Assembly (NCBI GenBank): GCA_045562575.1
Contig: JBJKVQ010000020.1
Location: forward strand, 4,041-68,040
DNA: 64,000 bases
Direction of reading: 5' to 3'
DNA from: Dehalococcoidia bacterium
GTDB taxonomy: Bacteria > Chloroflexota > Dehalococcoidia > Lucifugimonadales > UBA6952
The notes beneath the pieces are model-generated. The model saw nothing but the letters and a program-made list of their open reading frames with translations, searched no databases and was not told the DNA's origin. Shown here piece after piece: positions 8,389 through 19,363 of the stretch (its first letter is position 1; the number at the start of each line of letters is the position of its first letter). A program made the position numbers and the translations under genes.

Positions 8389-9150
8389 ATGCTTAAAATT
8401 GGATGGTTTTCTTCTGGGAATGGTATTGGATCAATGCAACTTCTATCCCAAGTAAATCAAGAAATAAAAGATAATAATCTTAATGCATCAATAGAATTTG
8501 TGTTTACTAATAAAGATCCAGATGAAAGTAAGGGAGTAGAAAATTTTTGCAAATTTGTAAGATCTCTAAAGATACCACTTATCAATATATCTTCTAATAA
8601 ATATAAATTAAAACATCAAGCAAACACCTTTAACGATATAAGAAGTCTTTATGACGAGAAAATTATAACTGCTATAAACCCATATAATATTGATATTATA
8701 GTCATGGCTGGATATATGCTATTTACTGATAAAAAATTATGCGATGAATTTTTTATGCTCAATTTACATCCAGCTCCACCAAAAGGTCCTCATGGAACTT
8801 GGCAAAATATTATTGAAGATCTCATCAAAAATAAATACTTATTTGCAGGGGCACAAATACAAATTGCTACCACAAATCGAGATCAAGGACCAATTATTAG
8901 TTACTGCACTTTCCCAATTACTAATAATGAGATTTATGGCAATTTATGGACTAATATAGATACAAATAGTGATATAAATCGATCGGAATTATTCCAACAA
9001 ATTAGAAATGATATTTTAAAGAGAGAGCCTCATCTATTGGTTGAAACATTAAAATCATTAGTTAGTAAGGAAATCATATTACAGAGAAATAAAATTTATA
9101 ATAGTATTTGTTTGAACGACAAAATTGAAAAATATATCAACATTAATTAA
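8389..9150 (+). CDS. Formyltransferase-fold protein, divergent PurN-like (possible GAR formyltransferase)
   Basis: '[12 protein letters not shown]', 'VFTNK', 'IVMAGYM', '[14 protein letters not shown]' (the N-x-H of the PurN active site is retained) and 'NRDQGPII' (Asp retained). The assignment within the family is uncertain. Confidence 0.6.
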   Translation: MLKIGWFSSGNGIGSMQLLSQVNQEIKDNNLNASIEFVFTNKDPDESKGVENFCKFVRSLKIPLINISSNKYKLKHQANTFNDIRSLYDEKIITAINPYNIDIIVMAGYMLFTDKKLCDEFFMLNLHPAPPKGPHGTWQNIIEDLIKNKYLFAGAQIQIATTNRDQGPIISYCTFPITNNEIYGNLWTNIDTNSDINRSELFQQIRNDILKREPHLLVETLKSLVSKEIILQRNKIYNSICLNDKIEKYININ

Positions 9151-10403
9151 GCGACATTACGTCCTAGAATGGGTATGTCTGTTTTAATCACCAAATCATT
9201 TTCATCAAGTAAAACTATTCCATTAGATTTTCCAGTAACAGCACCTGAGTAAACTAGACATTTTTTTACATTACTCAAAGATGGAATATGGTACATCAAG
9301 TCTAAAAGAGTATCCTCTAAAATCGATTTCAGTGCACGGGCTCCTAATTTTGATTTGATAGCTTCTGCAGCTACAGTATCGAAAAACTTACCTCGAAATT
9401 CCAATGCCACATTTTCCAAAGCAAAAAGATATTTATACTGATCAATAAGTGAATTTTTAGGTTCAGTGAGTATTCTTACCAAATCTTTTTCGGATAAAAC
9501 ATTTAGCCCTACTGCAACAGGAAGTCTGCCAACAAATTCTGGTATAAAGCCATAAGATACTAGATCATCAGATGTAACATTTTGTAATTCTTCGTTTATA
9601 GATCTTTCTCTTCTAAAACCCAAAGAATTTCTACGATTTTGCTGTCTTGCATTAACTATATCCGTTAGTCCTTCAAAACTACCACCACAGATAAATAAAA
9701 TTCCTTCAGTATTCATTTGAATAAACTCTTGCTGAGGATGTTTTCTACCACCTTGAGGAGGAACATTTGCAATAGTTCCTTCCATGATTTTTAGTAACGC
9801 CTGCTGTACGCCTTCACCAGAAACATCCCTGGTTATTGAGGGATTAGAATCTTTTCTAGTGATTTTATCTATCTCATCAATATATATAATTCCAGATTCA
9901 GCTTTGCCTATATCAAAATTTGAATTTTGTAATAAGCGCAATAGAATATTTTCCACATCTTCGCCAACATAACCTGCTTCAGTTAATGACGTTGCATCAC
10001 AGATACAAAAAGGAACATCAACCAGATTCGCAAGGGTTTGTGCAATTAATGTTTTGCCTGAGCCGGTAGGGCCAAATAACAGAATGTTATTTTTTTGGAT
10101 TTTTAAATTATTTTCTTCCTGATTCTCTCGGATGCGCTTGTAATGATTATAAACTGCAACACTTATAATTTTCTTAGCTCTCTCTTGACCTATTACGTAT
10201 TCATCCAAAAGATTATGCATCTTTTTTGGAGGAATTATATTGAAACTATTAGTAGTATTGGTTATCTCTACAGAGTCTTGATCTTCGGGAAATAACATTT
10301 CGTGAGAAAGCAAAACACATTCATCACAAATCAAAGAATTATCTAAACCTTTTACTAAATTTTTTGTATCTTCAGATTTACGACCACAAAAAGAACATTC
10401 CAT
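9147..10403 (-). CDS. clpX: ATP-dependent Clp protease ATP-binding subunit ClpX
   Basis: N-terminal C4 zinc finger (CSFCGR...CDEC), Walker A 'GPTGSGKT', Walker B 'IIYIDEIDK', and tig-clpP-clpX synteny. Confidence 0.97.
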   Translation of the reverse strand: MECSFCGRKSEDTKNLVKGLDNSLICDECVLLSHEMLFPEDQDSVEITNTTNSFNIIPPKKMHNLLDEYVIGQERAKKIISVAVYNHYKRIRENQEENNLKIQKNNILLFGPTGSGKTLIAQTLANLVDVPFCICDATSLTEAGYVGEDVENILLRLLQNSNFDIGKAESGIIYIDEIDKITRKDSNPSITRDVSGEGVQQALLKIMEGTIANVPPQGGRKHPQQEFIQMNTEGILFICGGSFEGLTDIVNARQQNRRNSLGFRRERSINEELQNVTSDDLVSYGFIPEFVGRLPVAVGLNVLSEKDLVRILTEPKNSLIDQYKYLFALENVALEFRGKFFDTVAAEAIKSKLGARALKSILEDTLLDLMYHIPSLSNVKKCLVYSGAVTGKSNGIVLLDENDLVIKTDIPILGRNVA

Positions 10404-10417
10404 ACATTACCTCTAGA

Positions 10418-11053
10418 TTATTCTTTTTCAGAAAGACTAGCCAAAACCTCATCAACCAATCCATATTCTCTTGCTTGCTCTGCATTAAGATAATAGTCAC
10501 GATCTGTATCTTGCTTTATCTTTTCATAATCTTGGCCTGTTCTTTCGTGAATAATTCCTCGAATAATTTCCTGAACTCTAAGGATTTCACGCGCAGCTAT
10601 TTCTATATCTGATGCTTGTCCCTGTGCACCACCAAGAGCTTGATGCATATGTATTGTGGAATTAGGAAGAGCAAATCGCTTTCCAGCAGCTCCAGAACAT
10701 AATAAAACCGTTCCCATACTTGCAGCCATACCGACACAGATAGTAGAAACATCAGGTTTGATCAAATTCATAGTGTCATAAATAGCTAAACCAGAACTAA
10801 TCACACCACCAGGACTATTAATATACAAATTAATGTCTTTATCTGGATCTTCTCGCTCAAGATAAAGTAATTGAGCCACTATTAGATTTGCTACTTGATC
10901 ATTTATTTGTGTACCTAAAAATACAATTCTTTCTCTCAATAACAATGAATAAATATCAAATGCTCTTTCACCTCTTGCAGAAGTTTCAATCACCATAGGA
11001 ATTACGTTTTTATTATCTGTATTTTCATTAATACCGTTAATGTCATATAACAT
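10418..11053 (-). CDS. clpP: ATP-dependent Clp protease proteolytic subunit
   Basis: '[19 protein letters not shown]', the active-site Ser in 'GMAASMG', and 'MHQALGG'. I set the start at ATG 11053 because it follows 'TAAGGAGAACTAT'. The ORF-track extension to 11173 overlaps the tig 3' end in another frame. Confidence 0.95.
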   Translation of the reverse strand: MLYDINGINENTDNKNVIPMVIETSARGERAFDIYSLLLRERIVFLGTQINDQVANLIVAQLLYLEREDPDKDINLYINSPGGVISSGLAIYDTMNLIKPDVSTICVGMAASMGTVLLCSGAAGKRFALPNSTIHMHQALGGAQGQASDIEIAAREILRVQEIIRGIIHERTGQDYEKIKQDTDRDYYLNAEQAREYGLVDEVLASLSEKE

Positions 11054-11063
11054 ATAGTTCTCC

Positions 11064-12443
11064 TTATTTTGATGCTTTTGGCTTAGTAACTTTTGCCTTA
11101 GCTTTTGTTGCTTTTGGCTTAGTTGTTTTTTTCTCTTTTTTTGGAGAATCATTTTCTCCTTCAGCAATTGCAATGAGTCTTTCTAATGTTTTTCTTCTTG
11201 TTAACATACTTCTTAAGTTATTTCTAGATTCTTCTGTAGAAAACGTTTTTTCTATTTCTTCTTTTCTTTCAATAGAGGCTTCTACAGCATCACTGATTTC
11301 TTTATCCAAATCTTCCTCTGTTATTGAAATCCCTTCCAATTCAGCAAGAGTTTCTAGAGCATATGTAGTAGTAAGACGATCGGTTGCAGATTGTTTTGCT
11401 TCTTCCTGAAATTCTTCGGGTTGTTTCCCAATGATAGATAAATATTGCTCTAGATTAACTTTGTTTTGTTTTAATGTTTCTGCTTGGTTATCAATGATCG
11501 CTTGAGTTTCTTGATCTATTAAAATAGGAGAAGCTTCCAATGTAGCTCTATTTTTTAACTCTTCTAAGATTTTATTTTCATATTCTCTTTGAGCTGTTGT
11601 ATTTGCATTTTCAAACAAATTATTTTTTATCTGTTCTCTTAATCCTTCTACACTATCGAACCCATCTCCAATGCCCTTAGCAAATTCATCATCTAATTCT
11701 GCTAAGTCTTTAGCTTTTACATCTTTCAAAGTAACAGTAAATTCACATTCTTTTCCTGCAACTTCCTTGTCTTCATATTCTTCAGGAAACGGTATGGTAA
11801 AAGTTTTGATATCATTTACAACCATATCAAGAAGATACGCATGAAAACCTTCAACAGGGCGATTATTATGTTCTGTAACTAAGTAAATAACATCTTGTTG
11901 ATTAGCAACTTCTTTATCTCCGACCTTTGCTATGAGATCAATAGTTATTTGATCATCATTTTCTACTGCTCGTTCCATTGGTACCCAATTAGAATTTGCC
12001 CAACGCAAATCGGTTATTACTGCTTCAATTTGTTCTTCAGGAATAATTACAGGTTCTTTTGGGACACGTATTTCTGTATATGCATCTAAAGTTACTTTGG
12101 GCTCTAACCCAATATTTATTTTTAATGTTAGAGGATCTTCTGAAACTATATTCACTAAAGGTCGGCCAACACTTTCATTGGCATTATCAACAATAGCTTC
12201 TTGGACTATAGAAGGCATACCTAAGTTAAAAGCTTCATTTTTGATGTACTCAACACCAAAATATGAATTCAAAATTGATTTTGGTACTTTACCTTTTCTG
12301 AAACCATCAATTTTTGCTTGCTGACCTACTTTTTGATAAGCCCTATCCATAAATGGATTTAAGTCCTCATCAATTAGTTCAACTGTTAATTCAATTTCCC
12401 TTTCAGGTAATTCATTTTTGGTTACTTTCAAAATAATCCCCAC
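11064..12443 (-). CDS. tig: Trigger factor with a Lys-rich C-terminal tail
   Basis: TF N-domain ('[16 protein letters not shown]'), a PPIase-like middle region and a C-terminal arm. Sits directly upstream of clpP-clpX. The start is GTG 12443 or TTG 12431. Confidence 0.92.
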   Translation of the reverse strand: MGIILKVTKNELPEREIELTVELIDEDLNPFMDRAYQKVGQQAKIDGFRKGKVPKSILNSYFGVEYIKNEAFNLGMPSIVQEAIVDNANESVGRPLVNIVSEDPLTLKINIGLEPKVTLDAYTEIRVPKEPVIIPEEQIEAVITDLRWANSNWVPMERAVENDDQITIDLIAKVGDKEVANQQDVIYLVTEHNNRPVEGFHAYLLDMVVNDIKTFTIPFPEEYEDKEVAGKECEFTVTLKDVKAKDLAELDDEFAKGIGDGFDSVEGLREQIKNNLFENANTTAQREYENKILEELKNRATLEASPILIDQETQAIIDNQAETLKQNKVNLEQYLSIIGKQPEEFQEEAKQSATDRLTTTYALETLAELEGISITEEDLDKEISDAVEASIERKEEIEKTFSTEESRNNLRSMLTRRKTLERLIAIAEGENDSPKKEKKTTKPKATKAKAKVTKPKASK

Positions 12444-12492
12444 ATAAATAAGTTATTACAATAAATAGCCCCTGTTTTATCACCGAAACATA

Positions 12493-12501
12493 ATTATACC
12501 A
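12493..12501 (-). promoter_or_regulatory. Putative extended -10 element (TGgTATAAT) for the tig-clpP-clpX operon
   Basis: The minus strand reads TGGTATAAT about 50 nt upstream of the tig start. There is no good -35 element. Confidence 0.3.
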
Positions 12502-12523
12502 TTATAATCAAGAGTTTAAATAG

Positions 12524-14338
12524 TTAATCTTCCTTAGATATTATCAAGTGCAACTCTTCCAGTTGCTCTTGAGGAATTAGTGAAGGAGTACCAAATAATG
12601 GATCACTACCACTTTGAGTTTTTGGAAATGCTATTACATCTCTAATTGATTCAGCATTGTCTGTTAATAGCGTAATTAAACGATCTATTCCAGGAGCAAT
12701 TCCTCCATGAGGTGGAGCACCATATTCAAGAGCTTCTAATAATTGGCCAAATCTTTCAATTTTACTTTCATCGTCATAACCCAAAAAGTCTAATATGTTT
12801 TCAAGTTTTTCCCGAGAATGTATCCTTATACTACCGCTAGCTAATTCCATTCCGTTACATACTAAGTCATAATGACGTGCTCTCATATCACCTGGTGAGG
12901 AGCCTAGCAAATCCCAATCTTTCTCAATTGGAGATGTAAATAAATGATGAGAAGGTTGCCAATTATTCATATCATCATCCCATTCAAAAACTGGAAAATT
13001 AGTAATAAAAGCAAAAGCCATCTCTGACTTATTGAAGAGTTCTTCTCTTTCTGCTATTTCATTTCTTAATTGAGACATACAAGTATTAACCACTTTACTA
13101 GAATCAGCCATTATTAATATAAGGCTGCCAGGTGTAGCATTAGTAAAAGCAATTATAGATTTGATTTCCTCTAAAGTTAATATTTTTGAAACTGATGATC
13201 GTATCTCTTCTACAGTTATATTATCAATAGAATCAAGGTCATCTGAAATTCCTATGTACATTAGCCCCTTACCACCACGTGTTTTAACAAATGCAACAAG
13301 ATCATCCAATTGCCTTCGAGAGTATTTATTCAAATCGGGTACCATTAATGCTTTGGCTATACCACCTTCATTAATAGGGTTAGTGAGTACATGCGCAGAA
13401 CAGGTTTTCGCAATTTCTGTAAGATTAATTAACTCTAATCCAAATCGTAAATCAGGTTTGTCTGTTCCATATTTATCCATAACATCGTCATAACTTAATT
13501 TTGGAAATGATCCAACAATAGTTCTATTATCGACCACATTTTCAATGATTTCAGTGTAGAGATCTTCAATTAAAGTCATAACATCATCTTCATCAACAAA
13601 ACTCATCTCAATATCTAACTGTGTATGTTCTAATTGTCGATCTCCTCGCAAATCTTCATCTCTGAAGCATCTTGCTATTTGAAAATACTTTTCAAAACCA
13701 GAAACCATAAGTAATTGTTTTAATTGTTGAGGAGATTGTGGAAGAGCATAAAAAGTACCTGGATTCATTCGACTGGGAACAACAAAGTCTCTTGCGCCCT
13801 CAGGAGTACTCTTGATTAAAATAGGTGTTTCAATCTCCATAAATCCTTTTTGACTTAAAAATTCTCTTATGTACTTAACGACATTATGACGAAGAATTAT
13901 ATTTTGATGCATAGCAGATTTTCTTAAATCAAGATAACGATAACGAAGTCGAATCTGCTCATCAGTATTATCACTATCATCGGAAATTTCAAATGGAGGT
14001 GTCTTTGACTCATTTAAAACATCTAACTCTGAACAATGTACTTCACACATACCACTAGGAATTCTTGTGTTCTCGGTACCAGCGGGTCTAGGTAATACTT
14101 TCCCTTTGACAGATACAACCCATTCAGGACGTAAACTTTGTGCATCTACATAACTTTTCTCTGATATTCCTTGATCAAAAACTACTTGAACAATACCTGA
14201 GTTATCACGTAAATCTATAAATACTAATCCTCCATGATCACGTCTTTTATGAACCCATCCAGCAAGATTAATTGTTTCCCCTTCTTTATCTAATACGACA
14301 TCACTACAATTAGTATCTTTAATCACGATACTCTCCAA
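12524..14338 (-). CDS. aspS: Aspartate--tRNA ligase (bacterial type)
   Basis: 604 aa. OB anticodon-binding domain, class II motifs ('FYALPQSPQQLKQLLM', 'FQIARCFRDEDLRGDRQLEHTQLD', 'GSIRIH', 'GAPPHGGIAPGIDRL') and the GAD insertion. Confidence 0.97.
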   Translation of the reverse strand: MESIVIKDTNCSDVVLDKEGETINLAGWVHKRRDHGGLVFIDLRDNSGIVQVVFDQGISEKSYVDAQSLRPEWVVSVKGKVLPRPAGTENTRIPSGMCEVHCSELDVLNESKTPPFEISDDSDNTDEQIRLRYRYLDLRKSAMHQNIILRHNVVKYIREFLSQKGFMEIETPILIKSTPEGARDFVVPSRMNPGTFYALPQSPQQLKQLLMVSGFEKYFQIARCFRDEDLRGDRQLEHTQLDIEMSFVDEDDVMTLIEDLYTEIIENVVDNRTIVGSFPKLSYDDVMDKYGTDKPDLRFGLELINLTEIAKTCSAHVLTNPINEGGIAKALMVPDLNKYSRRQLDDLVAFVKTRGGKGLMYIGISDDLDSIDNITVEEIRSSVSKILTLEEIKSIIAFTNATPGSLILIMADSSKVVNTCMSQLRNEIAEREELFNKSEMAFAFITNFPVFEWDDDMNNWQPSHHLFTSPIEKDWDLLGSSPGDMRARHYDLVCNGMELASGSIRIHSREKLENILDFLGYDDESKIERFGQLLEALEYGAPPHGGIAPGIDRLITLLTDNAESIRDVIAFPKTQSGSDPLFGTPSLIPQEQLEELHLIISKED

Positions 14339-14514
14339 TAATCTATTATTTTAAATTAAACAGTACATGAAATTATAATTGAAATTACAACGTAGTTCCA
14401 ATTATTTTCAATTTTAATCTATGATCCGAAACATTCAATAGACACTATATTGCGATCATTAATAAAAAATGCATATAATTACCGAACTAGAAATGATAAA
14501 TGAGAAGGTGTTTT

Positions 14515-16359
14515 ATGAGTAATAAAAAAGTATTGATTGATAATAACCCAGGTAGAAATGCTCAAACTTACGGCATAGCAAGAGAACTCGGTACCGAAGT
14601 AGAATTAATCCACGAACCATCTGTAGGAGTAGTTGGAAATAAAGGCGACTCTCAGTGTTATTTAGGTGTGCAGCAAAAAGTTGAAAAGATTCACAAAACC
14701 CTCCTTCAAAAAATTGGACTTGATAACGACGAAATTAAAATGCGATTAGTACAACCTGAATATACTATTGCAACGTCAGACGGCATGCGAAACGGTACAA
14801 GAGAAATGAGATATTCACTCATTGGTAGAGAAGTTACTCATGATTCTATATGTGAACACTTGAGTGCTACGGGATTAGAAGGAATTATTGCCGTAGTTGC
14901 TTGTGACAAACCACCTGTCGGGACCCTGGCAGGAATTTTAGAACATAACAGACCATCTATAATGATGTCTGATGGAACCATACGTCCTGGAATAGATTCA
15001 AAAACTAATGAAAAAATCGATATTATTTCTGGGTTCCAAGTAGCAGGAGACGAGAACGAAGAATTCAAAAAACGAATTGCATCTGAAGCTTGTCCAGGAT
15101 ACGGAAGTTGTGGTGGAATGTTTACCTATAATACTATGCAAACTTTTCTCGGGGTAGTCGGTATGGAACCTTTACATATGGTTTCTCCTGCTTCCCAAGA
15201 TCCAAGAAGAATGAAAGAATTCCCAGACGAACTTGTTGGTTATTTACGCAATTTAATTGCTAATCAAATTACACCACGTGACATTGTCACTAGAGACTCA
15301 ATTAGAAATGCAATGATTGTGGCTATGTCTGTAGGTGGATCAACAAATGTTTTATTACATGCACCAGAAATTGCGAGAGCAGCAGGATATACTAACTTTT
15401 TTGAACAAATCATGTCTGAAGAAGAATTTAATACACTTTCGCAATATGTTGTTCCTGTTCTTATTGATGCGAGACCTTTTGGACAATATTCGATGGTGGA
15501 CATAGACGAAATGGGTGGTGTGCAAGTAATTGTAAAAGAATTACTCGATGTTGGGCTACTAAATGGAGATACTTTAACCTGTACAGGTGAAACACTTGCA
15601 GAACAAGTTGCAAGATTGAATCCCCCTGCTCCAGACGGGAAGGTTATATATCCAGTAGAAACTCCATATAAAGAAACTGGAGGTTTAAGAATTCTTGGTG
15701 GAAACGTTTCAACTGATTTTACTGCAATTTTGAAACTTGCAGGTGTTGAAGGCGGACTAGAAAACAATATATTCAATGGTAAAGCTAGAGTATTTGATGG
15801 TGAAAGACAATTATTAGACGCTCTAGAAAATAGCCCTGAAATATTTGAAGATCGTGATATGGTAATTGTCAGATATGAAGGTCCAAGCGGTGCTCCAGGC
15901 ATGCCTGAAATGTTAGATTCAACCTCACGAATTACGACTTTATGTAGGCAAAAAGAGATAGTTGTTGCCTTAATGACTGATGCAAGGTTTTCTGGTGGGT
16001 CTGTTGGTCTCGTTATAGGTCATGTTGGACCAGAAGCAGCGCTAGGAGGACCAATAGCACTCATAAAAGATGGAGATAATATTGTTGTAGATCTTAATAA
16101 TAATCAAATCAACTGTTTGGAATTATCTGATCCAAAAATTATGCAACAACGAAAAGATGCTTGGGAAAAAATCGTAGAATCTAATGGTGGAACTCATCCA
16201 TCTATTGGAGACGCTAATACTAGACTACTAAACCGTATGAGGTTTTCATCTGTTTCAGCAAAATACGGGGCTGGTATGCATCCAAATAGAGAACTTTGGG
16301 TCAGTGAACCAAGATCACCTGAAAAGTCTACATTTACTCCTCGTAACAAATACCGCTAA
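14515..16359 (+). CDS. IlvD/Edd-family dehydratase (candidate dihydroxy-acid dehydratase; atypical N-terminus)
   Basis: 'VACDKPPVG', 'ACPGYGSCGGMFTYNTMQ', 'RYEGPSGAPGMPEML', 'MTDARFSGGSVGLVIGHVGPEAALGGPIALIKDGD'. I chose ATG 14515 because it follows GAGAAGGTG; the ORF track starts at 14500. Confidence 0.8.
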   Translation: MSNKKVLIDNNPGRNAQTYGIARELGTEVELIHEPSVGVVGNKGDSQCYLGVQQKVEKIHKTLLQKIGLDNDEIKMRLVQPEYTIATSDGMRNGTREMRYSLIGREVTHDSICEHLSATGLEGIIAVVACDKPPVGTLAGILEHNRPSIMMSDGTIRPGIDSKTNEKIDIISGFQVAGDENEEFKKRIASEACPGYGSCGGMFTYNTMQTFLGVVGMEPLHMVSPASQDPRRMKEFPDELVGYLRNLIANQITPRDIVTRDSIRNAMIVAMSVGGSTNVLLHAPEIARAAGYTNFFEQIMSEEEFNTLSQYVVPVLIDARPFGQYSMVDIDEMGGVQVIVKELLDVGLLNGDTLTCTGETLAEQVARLNPPAPDGKVIYPVETPYKETGGLRILGGNVSTDFTAILKLAGVEGGLENNIFNGKARVFDGERQLLDALENSPEIFEDRDMVIVRYEGPSGAPGMPEMLDSTSRITTLCRQKEIVVALMTDARFSGGSVGLVIGHVGPEAALGGPIALIKDGDNIVVDLNNNQINCLELSDPKIMQQRKDAWEKIVESNGGTHPSIGDANTRLLNRMRFSSVSAKYGAGMHPNRELWVSEPRSPEKSTFTPRNKYR

Positions 16360-17540
16360 TGGAGAAAAATAACAATATTAATAGAATAACGAATCTCGAC
16401 TTTATACGGGGAGTTGCTGTATTAGGTATTCTGATCATGAATACAATAACATTTGTACTACCTAAATCTGCTTATTATAACCCTTCCTCTGCAGGAACAG
16501 ATAATATTCTTGATTGGATTTTTGTTACTCTAAGCCAAATATTTATTGCTGAAAAAATGATGGGGTTATTTTCCCTGCTATTTGGTGCAAGTATAGTATT
16601 ATTTATAGAATCTCTAAAACGTCGTAATAGTAGTCATCCTCATATACTCAGTATTTGGAGGAATCTCATTTTATTAATAGTTGGTTCTATACACGCATTT
16701 ATCTGGTTTGGTGATGTTTTAATACTCTACGCAATTTGTGCTCCAATTATTATTTTATTATATCGAATGAATAGATATTTCAATTTAATACTTGGGGTGT
16801 TCTTTATTAACCTTCCAGTAATATTTGCAATTATATTTCAACCAATTTTTGATGCCCAAGGTAACTTAATTATGACTGGCTGGGTAAAAGATTTTGTCTT
16901 ATCATCTCAATCTGAAGCTTCCAAAATTGGATTAGGTGAATTTTGGTTTGCCGATAAGACAATGACTGGGGAATTATTTGGTAGTTATATTTTGATCGAT
17001 GCTTTTGGAAGAGCTTTAGGAATGATGTTAATAGGAGTTTTCCTATATCGTTCAAATATTCTTCAAGGAAGCTATAGCAACTCTTTTTATAAAAAAATGG
17101 CAATTGCTGGATTTACAATTGGTATTCCATTAGCAACGTATTCACTGATCTGGGGAATTACAAAAGATTATAGCCCAAGTATTGCTCTTATTCACTCTAA
17201 TCCTCATAGAATTGCCAATTTACCTTTAGTACTTGGGTACGTGGGACTTCTCACAATATTAAATACAAAATTGCCTCTTCAATTCCTTACGAGAATTAGG
17301 TCAGTTGGGAAAATGGCACTTACAAATTATTTAACCCAAACCTTAATAAGTACAGTAATTTTTACAATCATATTCTCTAATTTAATTCTAAGTCGATCAG
17401 AGTTAATACTTTATGTAATAGTAATTTGGACACTTCAAATTTACTGGTCAAAATACTGGTTAGACCATTTTCAATATGGTCCATTTGAATGGATTTGGAG
17501 AAAATTAACATACATAAATGCTAAGGAAAAAAATACTTAA
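16359..17540 (+). CDS. DUF418/YeiB-like polytopic membrane protein
   Basis: About 10 TM segments, 'MALTNYLTQTLIST', and C-terminal 'YGPFEWIWRKLTY' typical of DUF418. The start ATG overlaps the upstream TAA (TAATG). Confidence 0.75.
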   Translation: MEKNNNINRITNLDFIRGVAVLGILIMNTITFVLPKSAYYNPSSAGTDNILDWIFVTLSQIFIAEKMMGLFSLLFGASIVLFIESLKRRNSSHPHILSIWRNLILLIVGSIHAFIWFGDVLILYAICAPIIILLYRMNRYFNLILGVFFINLPVIFAIIFQPIFDAQGNLIMTGWVKDFVLSSQSEASKIGLGEFWFADKTMTGELFGSYILIDAFGRALGMMLIGVFLYRSNILQGSYSNSFYKKMAIAGFTIGIPLATYSLIWGITKDYSPSIALIHSNPHRIANLPLVLGYVGLLTILNTKLPLQFLTRIRSVGKMALTNYLTQTLISTVIFTIIFSNLILSRSELILYVIVIWTLQIYWSKYWLDHFQYGPFEWIWRKLTYINAKEKNT

Positions 17541-19267
17541 TTACTGACCACTAATTCTGACCAGTGCCAGGACTCTGAATTACGTATATTAATTACACCA
17601 GGGTTATAATTTTGTATTTTATTACTAATTAATATTCCTACATGATCTGTTATTGGTTCGAAAAGCAAAGCTTGCTCGAGAACATATTTTTGAATATCGA
17701 TTATATGTTTTTCTCTTTCAATATTTGGTGTATTTTGTAACTCAATAAGTTGATCCAAATAATCTATTTGATGATTACTAATAGAATATTCACCGTTACT
17801 GTGTAACATTCCATATAAAAAGGTATTTGGAATATCAATCGGTATCTTAGGACCGAGGGATATATCATAATTTTTTTCAATCCAAACTTTCTGATAATAT
17901 TCTTTGGGATTTAATACTTGGTATCGAATTTGGAAACCAGCTTCGGTGAGAATTTTGAGATATTTATCACCCAAATTTATATACTGATCACCATAGTCTC
18001 CAACATAAAAATCAATAGTATCATCTAGTCTCTCAAGATTTGCAGAATTTGTTTGATCATAATTCAAAGATTGAGTCAGTTCTGGAAGGTTAGTATAGGT
18101 TGTTTCTGATTTAGTAGAAAGTTCCCAACCACTAGAAGCTATAGGCAATCCAATACTTAATGAATCATAGGAATTTAAATCTAAATGCGAAAATATATAT
18201 CTTCGGAAATAAACATCATCTAAGGGGTAAACTGAAGAATTTAATGCAAACAAAACACCTTTACTATAATTAGGTATAATATCTATACAAGGCATACTTT
18301 TATAATTACAACGAGAAAAATAATTTTCAATTTTATCATCAATCATAGATGTATTTATTTCCAGATCTTTTATACCTAGCAATCGTTTCATTGACCAATA
18401 ATCAACTATTGATACATTTACTTTTTCAGAAAGAACTAACGCTATTCTAGTATTCTCATTACTAACAGGAGTAATAAAAAATTCTTGTGCTTTAGGGAAA
18501 CCTTGTCTAAAATAATTTGGGTTTGCAATAAATTCGAACCTATCAACAGATTCCTCATTATATATCCACGGACCAGTTCCTATTGTAGGACCAAAACGCA
18601 AACCATCTTTAAGACTCTGTAATTCATACGGAATTATTTTTATATTCCCATGAGCCAATCGCATCAGTAAGTCTGCATCAGGATACTTTAGCAAAATTCG
18701 AACTTTTGATTCTTCGATTTCTTCTACCATGTCCAGTGAATTTAATATACTAGAACTTGACCAGTCATTATTTTTTATTCTATTTAGACTCTCGGCTACA
18801 TCTCGAGCATTCAATTGACGACCGGAAGTAGGCATTTTATCGTGCCAAAATACATCTTCTCGCATAGTAATAAGATATTCTATATCACTAACCTGAGTCC
18901 ATTCTAAGCAAATGTCACAAATAATTTCAGAGTCATCAAAGCGCAGTAGTCGATTATAAGAAATCCCTGGTCCCATGGATAGTAATGAATCTGAATTAGA
19001 TTCGTGAACATCAAAATGCTGTGGATGTTTTGTCGAGGCAAAGCTAAGAGTTCCTTGTGGGATATGAGTAATAACATTATTAGTTTTAACTCGTTCAATT
19101 TCTTTTTCTAAAGCCAATGTTGGTGTAGGTATGATAACTGGGATTGAAACCAAAGGAGTTGTAGTAGGAGTTCCAATTAATAACTCATTACTTTCCGTAC
19201 TGCACCCAACTAATCCAATAGTACTTACAATAATTGATAATTTAATTAATAATTTTATCTTAAACAT
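17537..19267 (-). CDS. Family-5 (peptide/nickel type) ABC substrate-binding lipoprotein, orphan
   Basis: Lipoprotein signal ('IVSTIGLVGC'). Size and pattern fit SBP_bac_5 ('GTGPWIY', 'NPNYF'). No permease or ATPase genes are adjacent. Confidence 0.65.
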   Translation of the reverse strand: MFKIKLLIKLSIIVSTIGLVGCSTESNELLIGTPTTTPLVSIPVIIPTPTLALEKEIERVKTNNVITHIPQGTLSFASTKHPQHFDVHESNSDSLLSMGPGISYNRLLRFDDSEIICDICLEWTQVSDIEYLITMREDVFWHDKMPTSGRQLNARDVAESLNRIKNNDWSSSSILNSLDMVEEIEESKVRILLKYPDADLLMRLAHGNIKIIPYELQSLKDGLRFGPTIGTGPWIYNEESVDRFEFIANPNYFRQGFPKAQEFFITPVSNENTRIALVLSEKVNVSIVDYWSMKRLLGIKDLEINTSMIDDKIENYFSRCNYKSMPCIDIIPNYSKGVLFALNSSVYPLDDVYFRRYIFSHLDLNSYDSLSIGLPIASSGWELSTKSETTYTNLPELTQSLNYDQTNSANLERLDDTIDFYVGDYGDQYINLGDKYLKILTEAGFQIRYQVLNPKEYYQKVWIEKNYDISLGPKIPIDIPNTFLYGMLHSNGEYSISNHQIDYLDQLIELQNTPNIEREKHIIDIQKYVLEQALLFEPITDHVGILISNKIQNYNPGVINIRNSESWHWSELVVSN

Positions 19268-19363
19268 AATTATATATTTCTCTGAAAACGTTTGTTTAAT
19301 AATACCAAAAATTGTCTTAAATGATTATCAATATTAATATAGGGTGATTATCGGAGTTTATTT

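Noticed and set aside
11054-11173. The ORF track gives ClpP a 40-residue Lys/Gln-rich N-terminal extension.
   Set aside because: The extension is the alternative frame of the Lys-rich tail of trigger factor. ATG 11053 is preceded by TAAGGAGAACTAT and gives a normal ClpP N-terminus.
15264-15902. The ORF track lists long antisense ORFs. Examples are 212 aa inside the IlvD-like gene, 1392-1775, 13161-13493, 30740-31114, 40116-40460, 53079-53414 and 35769-36089.
   Set aside because: All lie opposite strongly recognisable genes, are Ser/Pro/Ile-rich low-complexity translations, and lack SDs. They are shadow ORFs.
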